Assembly (NCBI GenBank): GCA_963797555.1
Contig: CAWCPV010000004.1
Location: 736,001 to 800,000 of the forward strand
Origin: an uncultured Gammaproteobacteria bacterium
Lineage (GTDB): Bacteria; Pseudomonadota; Gammaproteobacteria; CAWCPV01
DNA length: 64,000 nucleotides
Direction of reading: 5' to 3'
This document shows, one piece after another, positions 21,958 through 32,005 of the stretch (positions are counted from its first letter, which is position 1; each line of letters opens with the position of its first letter). The translations under genes were made by a program, and so were the position numbers. The notes below the pieces were generated by a model. It saw nothing but the letters and a program-made list of their open reading frames with translations, was not told the DNA's origin and ran no database searches.

Positions 21958-23469
21958 ATGAGCCGGGATGCAAACTCCTGTCCACGGCGGGCGGGGATTC
22001 TGCTGCATCCGACTTCTCTCCCTGGACCCGGCGAGTCAGGCGACGTGGGGTCACAGGCGCACCGCTTTGTGGACTTCCTGGTGCAGGCAGGTCTGAGCGT
22101 CTGGCAGACCCTCCCGCTCGCCCCTGCTCACGAGGGCGGCTCACCTTATCAGTGCCTCTCCGTGCATGCGGGGAGCCCGCTGCTGATCAGCCTGGAGCGG
22201 CTAGCGCAGGACGGATGGCTCAACGCAGCACTGCTTTCGCAGCAGGAGCCCAACCCCCTGGCCAACCGCCAGCGCTGCCTTGCCCAGGCATTGGAAGGCT
22301 TCCGGCAGAAGGGGAGGTCCGAGGACCAGGAGGCATTTGCGGCCTTCAAGGTCGACCACTCGCATTGGCTGGACGACTACGCTCTCTATGTGGCCTTGCG
22401 GCAGCTTTACGAACAGAGATCCTGGAGCGAATGGCCCACGCCGCTGCGCGACCGCGACCCCAATGCCCTCGAGGAGGCGCGGCGGCGCCTCGCTCCGGCC
22501 ATCGACCAGCAGTGTTTCGAGCAGTTCGTGTTCTTTCGGCAGTGGGAGGAGCTGAAGCGTTACGCTAACCAGCGGGGCGTGCTGATGTTCGGAGACATGC
22601 CGATCTTCGTCGCTCACGACAGCGCGGATGTGTGGGCGCGACGGGAGTACTTCGAGCTGGACGAGTGCGGACAGCCCAAGGCGGTGGCAGGTGTTCCGCC
22701 CGACTATTTCTCCGAGAGCGGCCAGCGCTGGGGCAACCCGCTCTACCATTGGCCGCGTCTGGCGGCGGATGGGTTTTCCTGGTGGCTGGAGCGCATGGCC
22801 ACCCAGTTGCGCTTCTTCGACCTGATCCGAGTGGACCACTTCCGCGGATTTCAGGCGTACTGGGCGATCCCTGCCGAAGACGACACGGCGGTCAACGGGC
22901 GCTGGGTGGAAGCTCCCGGGGATGCCCTGTTCGCGGCGTTGCGCGACCATTTCGGTACGCTGCCGCTGGTGGCCGAGGACCTCGGGCTGATCACCCCGGA
23001 GGTGGAGGCATTGCGCGACAAGTACGAGCTGCCCGGGATGAAGGTGCTGCAGTTCGCATTCGACGGCGGGCCCGACAACCCGTATCTGCCGCACCAACAT
23101 ATCCGTCGGTGCGTCATGTACACGGGGACGCACGACAACGATACCACCCTCGGCTGGTTCCAGAGCCTGCCCAAGGATGCCCAGCAGCGCGTACAGGATT
23201 ACCTGGGATGGCCGGCGGAGCCGATGCCCTGGCCGCTGATTCGGGCGGCGTTCGCCTCCGTGGCGGAATTGACCGTGATCCCTCTACAGGACCCACTGAT
23301 GCTCGGGTCCGAGGCGCGCATGAACCGTCCCAGTCTGGACCACGGCAACTGGCGGTGGCGGTTCCGTTGGGATTGGGTGCCTGACGATCTCACGGCGCGT
23401 CTGCGCCACCTGACGGAGATTTACGGCCGCTGTCCAGTGCCGCCGAGGACCGAAGACGCCCCCGGATAG
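21958..23469 (+). CDS. malQ: 4-alpha-glucanotransferase
   Basis: GILLHPTSLP, GVPPDYFS..GQRWGNP, RVDHFRG, AEDLG, YTGTHDNDT. Confidence 0.96.
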   Translation: MSRDANSCPRRAGILLHPTSLPGPGESGDVGSQAHRFVDFLVQAGLSVWQTLPLAPAHEGGSPYQCLSVHAGSPLLISLERLAQDGWLNAALLSQQEPNPLANRQRCLAQALEGFRQKGRSEDQEAFAAFKVDHSHWLDDYALYVALRQLYEQRSWSEWPTPLRDRDPNALEEARRRLAPAIDQQCFEQFVFFRQWEELKRYANQRGVLMFGDMPIFVAHDSADVWARREYFELDECGQPKAVAGVPPDYFSESGQRWGNPLYHWPRLAADGFSWWLERMATQLRFFDLIRVDHFRGFQAYWAIPAEDDTAVNGRWVEAPGDALFAALRDHFGTLPLVAEDLGLITPEVEALRDKYELPGMKVLQFAFDGGPDNPYLPHQHIRRCVMYTGTHDNDTTLGWFQSLPKDAQQRVQDYLGWPAEPMPWPLIRAAFASVAELTVIPLQDPLMLGSEARMNRPSLDHGNWRWRFRWDWVPDDLTARLRHLTEIYGRCPVPPRTEDAPG

Positions 23470-23508
23470 GAGCCGCACCCCTTCGGGGGAGCGGCGGCCG
23501 GGCGGCCG

Positions 23509-26086
23509 TCACAGCCAGCGCATGGACCCGCACTCGAAGCGGTGGCTGAGCAGCGGGTGATAAGGGTAGATCCGTATCTTGTACGATTGCAGGCCGGGCA
23601 GAGGAATGCCGCGTTCCGGCGAGCACAGGTCCAGCCGGAACAGCGTCTCGCCTTCCAGCGTTCGTCCGGCTGCCGTGAAGTCCAGGCTGTTGGTCGGGAT
23701 GAATTCCCCCAACTCGTTCTCTTTGCCCAGCACGCATTCCACCACCACGTCGTCGGGACCCAGTTCATTGAGGAAGACGGCGACCTCGATAGGGACCGAG
23801 TGCCCGTGCTTCACCCGCAGCGGAGGGGCGCTCACCATCCGGATGCGGATCCCGGACCAGCATTCGGCCGTGCGCTTCTTCCACGCGGCCAACTTCCGCG
23901 ACGGCGCCCCCTCATCGGCGAGCAACTGGGCGCGCTGGCGGCTGGCCGGGCCGTAGTAGTCCCGGACATAGTCCAGGGCCATGCGCTGAGCATTGAAGCG
24001 CGGCATGATCGACTTCATCGAGGCTTTGGACTTGCGCACCCAGCCTTGGGGCTCCCCGTGGCCGTTGCGTGAAAAGTACAGCGGGATGACTTGGTGCTCC
24101 AAGGTGTCCAGGAGCTCCATGCGCCTCTTCGGCGTTGCGCGTGTCCGGGTCGAGGCCCGCGGCGTGGGGAGTGATGGCCCAGCCGTTTTCGCCGTTATAA
24201 GCCTCGCCCCACCAGCCGTCCAGCACGCTGAAGTTGATGACGCCGTTGATGCCGGCTTTCATCCCCGAGGTGCCGCACGCCTCCAGAGGGTACTCCGGGT
24301 TGTTGAGCCACACGTCGACCCCGGGCAGCAGCTTGCGGGCCATGGACAGGTTGTAGTCCTCCAGCAGGATGATCCGGCCCTCGAACTCCGGCCTCATGCT
24401 GATCTCGGCGACCTCGCGGATGAGCTGCTGGCCCGGCCTGTCGTTCGGATGCGCCTTGCCGGCGAAGATGAACAGCATCGGCCGTTGCCGATCGTTCAGC
24501 AGGCGCGCCAGGCGTCGGAAGGTCGGAGAACAGCAGGGTCGCGCGCTTGTAGGTGGCGAAGCGGCGCGCGAAGCCGATGACCAACGTGTCGAGCTGGTGC
24601 GGCGACAGGTGTCTGGTGATGCGCCGGATGTGCGACTCGCTGCAGCCATTGCGCCTGAGCTGGATGATCGCACGATGGCGGGCATCCTCGAGCATCTCCG
24701 CCTTGAGAACCTGGTGGGTGCTCAGATACACGTGGTCCGGGATGCTGTCGATGTGCTGCTCCCAGAACTGCTCGTCGTCCAGCTTGTTGCGCCACCCGGT
24801 CCCGAAATACATGTCGAACAACGCGACCCAGGCGCGTCCCAGGAAGGTCGGAACGTGGATGCCGTTGGTGACATACCCGAGGGGATTTTCCTCCGGCGGG
24901 ACCTCCGGCCAGATATAGGCTTCCATCTCCGCGGCGATGCGCGCCGTGGATGCGACTCACGCCGTTGTGGAACCGGGATCCACGCAGGGCCAGCGCAGTC
25001 ATGTTGAAGCCATGACGGGTGTTGTTGCTCGCGCCTAAAGCCAGGAACCGCGGCTCCGAGATGCCGAGTTGGCGCAAATAGTCGGAAAAATAGGTGCGCA
25101 TCAGACTGTGGTCGAAGATGTCGTGCCCCGCAGGCACTGGTGTGTGGGTCGTGAACACCGTGCACGCTGCGACCAGCTCCAGAGCGCTGTCGAAATCCAT
25201 CCCATCATCGACCCGCTCGCGGCAGCGTTCCAGGACCTGGAAGGCGGCATGTCCCTCGTTCATATGCCAGACGGTGGGCTCCAACCCAGCGCCCGCAGCG
25301 CTTTCACGCCCCCGATCCCGAGACAATCTCCTGCTGGATGCGTGTCTCGCTGTCCCCGCCGTAGAGCTGCATGGTGATGGAGCGGTCCACGTCACGGTTC
25401 GCGGGCAGGTCGCTGTCCAGGAGGTACAGAGTGATGTGCCCGGCGCGGGCGCGCCAGACCTTCAGCTCCACCCGCCGACCGGGAAGATCCAGGAACACGC
25501 GCACCTCTTCCCCGGCGGCGTCGCGCGCAGGGGTCACCGGCAGATCGGCGGAGTGCACGTAGGCATAGTGGGCGATCTGGTCCCCGTGGCAGTCGATGAC
25601 CTGGGTGAAATATCCCTGGCGGTACAGCAGACCGACCGCCACGAACGGCAAGCCCAGATCGCTGACTGCCTTGCAGTAGTCCCCGGTCAGGATCCCCAAG
25701 CCCCCGGCGTAGATGGGGAAGCTCTCGTGGAAGCCGTACTCCGCCGAGAAATAGGCGACGAGGTCCTGCTCCGGGTTGAGGATGCGCTCGACGTGGGCAT
25801 GCACCCGCTCGTTCTTGTAAGTGTCGTAGCCGGAGAGGACGCGATTGTAGTCCTCGAGAAACACCATGTCGTGCGCCGCCGCCTCCAGCTTGTCCTGGGC
25901 GATGCGGCGCAGGAACACCTTGGGGTTGTGGCCGCAAGCCTCCCAGAGATCCTGGTCTAGGCGGTGGAAGAGGGTGCGGACGCCCCGGTCCCAGCTATAG
26001 AAGAGGTCGTTTGCGAGCTCATCGAGGCGCCGGAAACGCTCCGGCAGAATCGGCTGGACCTCGAGGGTGAAGCGGGTACCCGGCAT
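23509..26086 (-). CDS. glgP: Alpha-glucan phosphorylase (about five single-base indels)
   Basis: YAGGLGILTGD, HMNEGH, TTHTPVPAGHD, FARRFATYKR, EACGTSGMK, SVLDGWW spread over several frames; shifts near 25322, 25285, 24940, 24520, 24120. Confidence 0.9.
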
Positions 26087-26176
26087 TGCATCATCTCGGT
26101 GGTGGAAGGGTGCAGTCGCGATGCAGTGGCCCGCCGCCCGAAGGCGTCATCTCGTCCCGCAAGGGGTACTGCCGTA

Positions 26177-26263
26177 TGGTGCCGAGGGTCGGAGTCGAAC
26201 CGACACGGTGTCGCCACCACCGGATTTTGAGTCCGGCGCGTCTACCAGTTTCGCCACCTCGGC
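26177..26263 (-). tRNA. tRNA-Leu (CAA)
   Basis: Minus strand gccgaggtggcgaaactggtagacgcgccggactCAAaatccgg...ggttcgactccgaccctcggcacca; long variable arm, CCA end. Confidence 0.96.
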
Positions 26264-26699
26264 TCTTTGAGAGGAAGGGTTCTGAGACAGGAACCTAACG
26301 TGTCAGCTCCCGGGCAACAGCCACAGGCTCGTCACGCGACAGCCCCCAGTTTACGTCAATTTGTGGGAGCCCGTCACGCATCGCCGCAACGCGGCTCGTT
26401 GGCCGCGAGGGTATGGTTCGGTCGCGGTGCCGGAGGCACGGCGGACCCGATGGTATAGGGCTGGCTGTCCCGTTGCCCATGGTTGGCCCGGTCCCGTGGC
26501 TGTGACGTAGAGCCCGCAGGCTGCCATTCCCGACTTGGAACGGCGCGACTGAGCGGGGCTCTGGCGGTGCCGGCGTTCCATGACACGGCAGGGCCATCGT
26601 TTTCCGACCGCGACAGCTTGGCCGGGTGTGCCCGCGGGATGCGCTGGTGCAGCGCGGCGGAGCCCCGCGAATGAGACTCGCCTAAACTATGTCCCTCTG

Positions 26700-26773
26700 G
26701 CCATTCGGCAGTCGGCGGGACGCCCCGAAGGGGTGGCGTACCGGGAGGTACGCCATGAACACCGCGCAACGCC
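26700..26773. repeat. Dispersed ~75-bp hairpin-forming repeat, copy 1
   Basis: Clearly homologous to 51302-51376; contains the hairpin tggcgtacc-ggga-ggtacgcca. Confidence 0.75.
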
Positions 26774-26929
26774 GCTATCGGCACGCGCAGCCGGTTTCAC
26801 AGGCTCCGAGCACAGCGCTTCCCGGAGGCGGCAAGCTGTGGGAGGAGGTGAGCCGAGGCGAACCCCTGGGCGGAATGCGCTTCACGATGGCCCCGCGGCA
26901 CGGGCAGAAGGCGCGGGAAGTCCGCCCGT

Positions 26930-27260
26930 AAATGAGTGCGCCAACTATCTGCCGACCTACAAAGACCTGCTGAAAAACGACGAATACTTGGCCCAGGGAC
27001 TGCCCATCGCCACTGGGGTCATCGAGGGCGCCTGTCGTCACTTGGTCAAGGACCGCATGGACCTCGCCGGCGCGCGTTGGGGTCTGCAACGCGCCGAGGC
27101 CGTTCTGAAGCTGCGCTCGCTCGCCTCCAGCGGCGACTCCGAGTCGTACCGGGAGTTCTACAAGGCCCAGGCGTTAAGGCGCAACCACGCATCACGCTAT
27201 GCCAGCCCCCTGCTACCGGAGGCTGCCTGACCGTTCCCATCGTCCGAAAGAGCCACACCC
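26930..27260 (+). mobile_element. ISKra4-family transposase C-terminal remnant with right end
   Basis: YLAQGLPIATGVIEGACRHLVKDRMDLAGARW; ends in gaaagagccacaccc. Confidence 0.8.
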
Positions 27261-27276
27261 AAAATTATTAGTAGGC

Positions 27277-28194
27277 TCAGGAGTTCCTCGCTAGAAGTGC
27301 GGCGACCCGTTTGGCGATGCGGCAGTCCGGGGCGTCGAACCAACTGAACGCGGGCGAGGGGTTCACCTCGAAGCAGAACCATTCGCCGGCAGGTGATTGA
27401 CGCAAGTCGATCCCGGCCACGGGCAGCTCCAGCGAAGCGGCGAGGACACGGCACCGATCGGCCACCTCCACCGGTACATCCGCCTGGCGTCGACGCACTG
27501 CGGCCCCCTGACGCTCGCTGTATCGGTAGTCATCCGCCTCCGATACGAGCCCGCAGACGTATACATCATCACCGACTACGTGCACCCGGTAGTCAACCCC
27601 CCTCACGTACTCCTGGAACTGCGTGGGACAGACGGCTACCGCCTCGAGCTGCGCCCGTTTCTTCGGGGTCAGACGCGACACAATGCTACGGACGCCGCTC
27701 ACTGATTTGTATACGACATCGCCGAGCCGATCACAAAACTCCTCCGCCGCCTTCGGATCGGTTGTGACCAGCGTTTCCGGCACGGCAAAACCGGCTGCGC
27801 GTATCAGTTCCAATTGGTACGGTTTGGAGCTGTTGGAAGCCATCGCACTCATACGATTGACAACCAGCGCCGAGGTCATTTCGCTCCAGAGCCGTATAGC
27901 CTCGTACACCGCGACCGCGTAACGTCCTTCGGCACTCTGGTACCCGGCCTTGGCCACAGCCGGTATGCCGAGTGGATCGTACGGACGCACGTACGCCGCA
28001 GCGACCTTTTCGAGATCCAGACGCAGACCATCCCATTCGACCACGCACGCGACATCGGCGTCGACGCTGAGCTCGACGTTCGTCTCGAGCACCGCGCGCT
28101 GATCAATGAGCACAGCCGTGCGCTCCATGCGTGCCAATTCGTTCCGGACGGAGGCGATCGGGCGATCGCCCGCCAGTCCCCAGAGGAGGATCAT
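27277..28194 (-). CDS. ATP-grasp ligase (RimK / RiPP-maturase-like)
   Basis: SNSSKPYQL, GFAVPETLVTTDP, VVYKSVSG, QFQEYV, DYRVHVVG, AGIDLR, FEVNPSPAF. Confidence 0.88.
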   Translation of the reverse strand: MILLWGLAGDRPIASVRNELARMERTAVLIDQRAVLETNVELSVDADVACVVEWDGLRLDLEKVAAAYVRPYDPLGIPAVAKAGYQSAEGRYAVAVYEAIRLWSEMTSALVVNRMSAMASNSSKPYQLELIRAAGFAVPETLVTTDPKAAEEFCDRLGDVVYKSVSGVRSIVSRLTPKKRAQLEAVAVCPTQFQEYVRGVDYRVHVVGDDVYVCGLVSEADDYRYSERQGAAVRRRQADVPVEVADRCRVLAASLELPVAGIDLRQSPAGEWFCFEVNPSPAFSWFDAPDCRIAKRVAALLARNS

Positions 28195-28985
28195 GCAGTC
28201 TCCATTGCGCTGGCAACCATCCGCACCGGGCGCGCTTCGTGAGGTGCACGTACGAAGTCGCGACACCGGTCGATTAAAGCCTCGGCAACGCTTTCCGCGG
28301 CGACATCGATCCAGAGGCCCGCCTCGAGAAATACCGGTGCCTGCTCTGATCCGCGTTCGAAATACACCCGGAGCAGTTCGACCCCGGCGTCTCGGGCTAA
28401 AGCGATGGCCGCTTGCGCTAACGAAGCCTCGGCGGCACCAGGCGAGCGCCCACCCACCAGGAAAGCACGGTCGCCTACCACATCGACAAAGACCGCATTC
28501 GCGTTGACCCGGCACTCAGCGCCAGACGACCCGCCCGGCGTGTATACGATGCGTTGCCTGACCGGCCGGGTTGCTATCCCGAGCCGTCGTGCCCGTTGTA
28601 CCCACTGGGCAACGCTCCACGAAGGACCTCCCAGATTGGACGGCGACGGACGATTGAGAACGGGGCATTCGAGCGACATGAGCCACGCCACGAGGAACGC
28701 TTGCATCTCGGCCGCGGCATACCTGCGGTCTTCCTCGTGCACATGCGTCAGCTCAGCCTCTCCTACTGCCGGGATACGCGAGATGACCGCGCGGATGTCG
28801 TGGGTTGCGATCACCTGCCCATCGATCACCGCCTCTCCAAGTGCCACTCCGGCCACGTAGCGCCAGCCGGGACGCGACAGGTCCGCGCAGGTGAGGAGCG
28901 CCGCTCGCTCACCCGCGGCGCGCCAATGTTGAACGAGGGCGCGCGCTCCCGCGTCATGCCCGTACGCAAGGACAACGAACATCAT
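28191..28985 (-). CDS. Degenerate ATP-grasp-like partner protein
   Basis: N-terminal pre-ATP-grasp-like region (AVISRIP, LECPVLNRP, VDVVGDR, FLEAG) without canonical KP/QE/EVN motifs; ATGA overlaps with both neighbours. Confidence 0.6.
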   Translation of the reverse strand: MMFVVLAYGHDAGARALVQHWRAAGERAALLTCADLSRPGWRYVAGVALGEAVIDGQVIATHDIRAVISRIPAVGEAELTHVHEEDRRYAAAEMQAFLVAWLMSLECPVLNRPSPSNLGGPSWSVAQWVQRARRLGIATRPVRQRIVYTPGGSSGAECRVNANAVFVDVVGDRAFLVGGRSPGAAEASLAQAAIALARDAGVELLRVYFERGSEQAPVFLEAGLWIDVAAESVAEALIDRCRDFVRAPHEARPVRMVASAMETA

Positions 28986-29686
28986 TCCGTCCGTGGTTCA
29001 TTAAGTGCCCGCTCGCCCAGCATGGGGCGCTCGTCGGGAGCGATGAAGACACGCTGCTCGGAGTACCTCGGCGGTACGACAAACGGCAGGTTCTCCCCGA
29101 GCGGGTAGTCCAGGTGAAAGCCCTCGCTTATGACGCCAGGCCCATGGTGGTCTGCGTCTTTCTTCTCGGCGGCACCCAGACCGTCCTTGGTCGCCTCTTT
29201 CGCATTCTTGTCAGTATCGTCCTTGTCCTCCTTGTGTTCCTTGCTATCTTTGCTGTCCTTCTGATGTTTGGCTTCCTGGTTATCTTTGGTGTCCTTGGTT
29301 TCTTTAGTGTCCTTGGTTTCTTTAGTGTCTTTAGTATCCTTGGTATCCTTGGTGTCCTTCGACGCTTCTTTCTCCTTGCTGTCCTTTTCCTTGGCGTTGA
29401 GAAGGGTGACGATCTCGTTCAAGCAGACACTTAGCTGCGCCCGCAGCGCGTCGATACAGATGAAAGCGCGGCGCACGTTATCGCCGAGCGCATCGAGGTC
29501 CGCTTCGATCTTATGTAATCGCTCGTTGATGCCTCCCTCTTCGGGGGTCTTCCCCGCCTGCACCAGGCTTTCGCCGTCGATCCAGTCGCGGTGCTGGAAC
29601 GTGCGTACGAAGGTGTAAGCGCAATTCGGATCGGTCGCCTGTACACCGTTCACACACGCGATCTCGAGCGGGTTTGCGTCTGCCAT
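28982..29686 (-). CDS. Protein with coiled coil and (T/S)K(D/E) repeat tract; candidate ATP-grasp substrate and tail appendage
   Basis: GGAG RBS before ATG 29686; SKD-(TKD/TKE)x8 tract encoded by 9-bp repeats at ~29283-29363; C-terminal VFIAPDERP. Confidence 0.75.
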   Translation of the reverse strand: MADANPLEIACVNGVQATDPNCAYTFVRTFQHRDWIDGESLVQAGKTPEEGGINERLHKIEADLDALGDNVRRAFICIDALRAQLSVCLNEIVTLLNAKEKDSKEKEASKDTKDTKDTKDTKETKDTKETKDTKDNQEAKHQKDSKDSKEHKEDKDDTDKNAKEATKDGLGAAEKKDADHHGPGVISEGFHLDYPLGENLPFVVPPRYSEQRVFIAPDERPMLGERALNEPRTE

Positions 29687-29705
29687 TTGCAGTTCTCCTA
29701 TAGAC

Positions 29706-31997
29706 CTACGTCTCGCTAACGCCGCTTGCGCCGACGTGGCGAAGTTGGCGATACGGACGAAATGTGCGCGACAGCCTCGGCGAAAGCGCCTCGGCCGAGC
29801 CGTCGCCGTCCGCGTCGATTTGGTCACGGATCGCCCGGGTGTCGACGATCGTGCCCAGCGGGCGGATCCGTTCGAGCAGGTTCATCAGGAACTCGTATTG
29901 CTCCAGGTTGACGAGCGCTCCGTCGGGAGGCGCAACCCGCAGCTCCAATGGGTCGACCCGTCCACGCGGGTCCGCACTTCCGCGTTTACCGGGTACCGCC
30001 ACAACCACTGCGCACAAGCCGGTCCCGGAGATCCACCCGTTGCGGCTGCCAATCTTGCGTTCGAGCTGCCCTGGTTCGCCGCTCAGCGGCATCAGGTACC
30101 AACGGAAGGAATTCTTTGAACGCGCCGTGAGCAACGTCGCGTCGCCAGGCAGCGTCGTCACCGCCAACACGAGGAGCACGCGGCTGTCGCTGGTCAAAAG
30201 CGGGAGTATCGAGAAGAATCCAGCCTTCTGGAACGCGATGATCAGTGTAAGCAGCGTCTGCGCCGCCGTTGCGTCGTGCGCGATGAGCTTTGCGGCGAGC
30301 GCAGCATCGATTTGTAACGTTGCGACCAGTTCGCTCGGCAACGCCTGCAGCGCAGACTTGGCCCTGTCCACGTCCTGGGCGTCCTTCACCATATGGATGC
30401 GTGCATCGGTCATCGATTGTACCAGCGCGTCGGGTGGCGCCACGGCCAGCCCCCAGGCGGCGCGTTCTTCTGCGCCCGTGAGCAGAATCCATGGCGCGAT
30501 GCCGGCCGCGGCTCGTTCCACGTCTGCATCGAGCAGCGCGAGGACGAGCAGCGCATCGGGTCCCGAATCGAGCGGTGCGTTCCAGCGCGCATCGAGTAGC
30601 GTTTTTCCCGCCGTTACGTTCTTACCGATTACCAGCCCGTGGAATACCAGGTGGGAGACGTAGGTCTTGCTGGCATCGAGCGGATGCACGGTCGGCAGGC
30701 CGCATGGGGCAAGGAGCCAGCGGCCGCGCGGATCCTCGGTCGATGACTTGGGCTGCATTAGAGCGAGGAGCGCGCGGATCTCTGGCGCCGTATCAGGAGC
30801 GATGTTGCCGACCACATGGTTGGCTACCAGCGCGTCCAGCTCCGTCGCCGGCACTGCCTCGACGTCGACACCGAGGCCCAGTTCGTAGCGGCTTCCGCCC
30901 GCATGGTCCTGTGCACGCAGGACGGACCAGCGGCGCGTGCCACCGAGCGCCCGGCGGCACTCGCCCAGGCGATCCAATGCCCGCGCCAGCATGGGCGCGA
31001 TGTGCGCATTAGCGGGAAACTCGAAATTCAGGGCCAGGCGGGCGCGTAAGGCGTTCTCCTCGAGACGCACGTCGCTGGGGAGTAGGCGCGTGTCGGGGAC
31101 GTCGACGCCGGGCTGGAGCAGGAAAGCTTGACGCGCGTAATCCAAGAACGCGGTCCGCGGCGTGTCGTCTGGAGACGAGACCAGGCGCACGGCAACGAGG
31201 AACTCGGTGTCCGGCTCGGCGATGGTCAAGCGGTGCGTTACGCCCATCCGCGACAGAAGGCCCGCGTTGCCGCCGGTGCCCGGCCCGTTGATCACGCCCT
31301 CGACTGCGCGGCGCGACGAGCGCAAGAACGGGCGGTAGATGCTGAGGCGCGCGCGGAACGACGCGTCGGCCTCGCCTTGCGGTACGATGGTGGGCGCGCG
31401 CAGCGTCGCATCCCACACCAGGCGTGCGTTGAAACGCGGTACGCCCAACTCCGCACCAAGGCGGTCGAGCGCGGCGCCGCGTGCTTCGGCAAGTCGACGG
31501 GCGGCATAGATCTCGTTCGCCTCGCGTCTGAGGCGCATCTTCTCCGAGCCGATCACATAGAGCAGGCGCGCCAGGTTTCCCTCGACGACGCGCAGATCGA
31601 AGAGATCGCCCATTGCCGCAGACTCGCCTCCGACGCCCGGATCGAGGAACACGTCGAATGGCGTGGCGAAGTCGAGATCCATCGAGGCATCACCAGGGCG
31701 GTAGGCTAGAACTGACGCCCCCGCCTCCGTGTACGGCGCGAAACGCACGACCGCCGGCTCCACGGCCTCGCCGCTCGATTGGGTGATGTGGACGGTGCAG
31801 GCGAGTGCTTCAGCGCCGACCGCTCCCTTTGTCGAGACGAGGAGCAGCGGCAGCCTTGCCTTCCAGTCGACCCGGGCGGCGCCTGCCGCGTCGACGACCA
31901 GCTTGGTCTCGACCGCGCCTCCAGTGAACGGTCCGCTCAGGTGAGCGAACATGCTCTCGTGAGCCGCCGATCGATTGGGGTCCGGATGCAGGCTCAT
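29706..31997 (-). CDS. Putative baseplate wedge / tail protein I-like protein
   Basis: ARGAALDRLGAELGVPR...EADASFRARL resembles phage baseplate wedge proteins; directly follows baseplate J. Confidence 0.6.
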   Translation of the reverse strand: MSLHPDPNRSAAHESMFAHLSGPFTGGAVETKLVVDAAGAARVDWKARLPLLLVSTKGAVGAEALACTVHITQSSGEAVEPAVVRFAPYTEAGASVLAYRPGDASMDLDFATPFDVFLDPGVGGESAAMGDLFDLRVVEGNLARLLYVIGSEKMRLRREANEIYAARRLAEARGAALDRLGAELGVPRFNARLVWDATLRAPTIVPQGEADASFRARLSIYRPFLRSSRRAVEGVINGPGTGGNAGLLSRMGVTHRLTIAEPDTEFLVAVRLVSSPDDTPRTAFLDYARQAFLLQPGVDVPDTRLLPSDVRLEENALRARLALNFEFPANAHIAPMLARALDRLGECRRALGGTRRWSVLRAQDHAGGSRYELGLGVDVEAVPATELDALVANHVVGNIAPDTAPEIRALLALMQPKSSTEDPRGRWLLAPCGLPTVHPLDASKTYVSHLVFHGLVIGKNVTAGKTLLDARWNAPLDSGPDALLVLALLDADVERAAAGIAPWILLTGAEERAAWGLAVAPPDALVQSMTDARIHMVKDAQDVDRAKSALQALPSELVATLQIDAALAAKLIAHDATAAQTLLTLIIAFQKAGFFSILPLLTSDSRVLLVLAVTTLPGDATLLTARSKNSFRWYLMPLSGEPGQLERKIGSRNGWISGTGLCAVVVAVPGKRGSADPRGRVDPLELRVAPPDGALVNLEQYEFLMNLLERIRPLGTIVDTRAIRDQIDADGDGSAEALSPRLSRTFRPYRQLRHVGASGVSET

Positions 31998-32005
31998 CGC
32001 GTCAC

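Noticed and set aside
26177-26263. tRNA-Leu as the integration site of the tail island
   Set aside because: The island lies on the 5' side of the tRNA, and no duplicated tRNA end or integrase was seen.
29283-29363. CRISPR array or non-coding VNTR
   Set aside because: The 9-bp units vary at codon third positions and encode TKD/TKE. No repeat-spacer array or cas gene was seen anywhere in the window.
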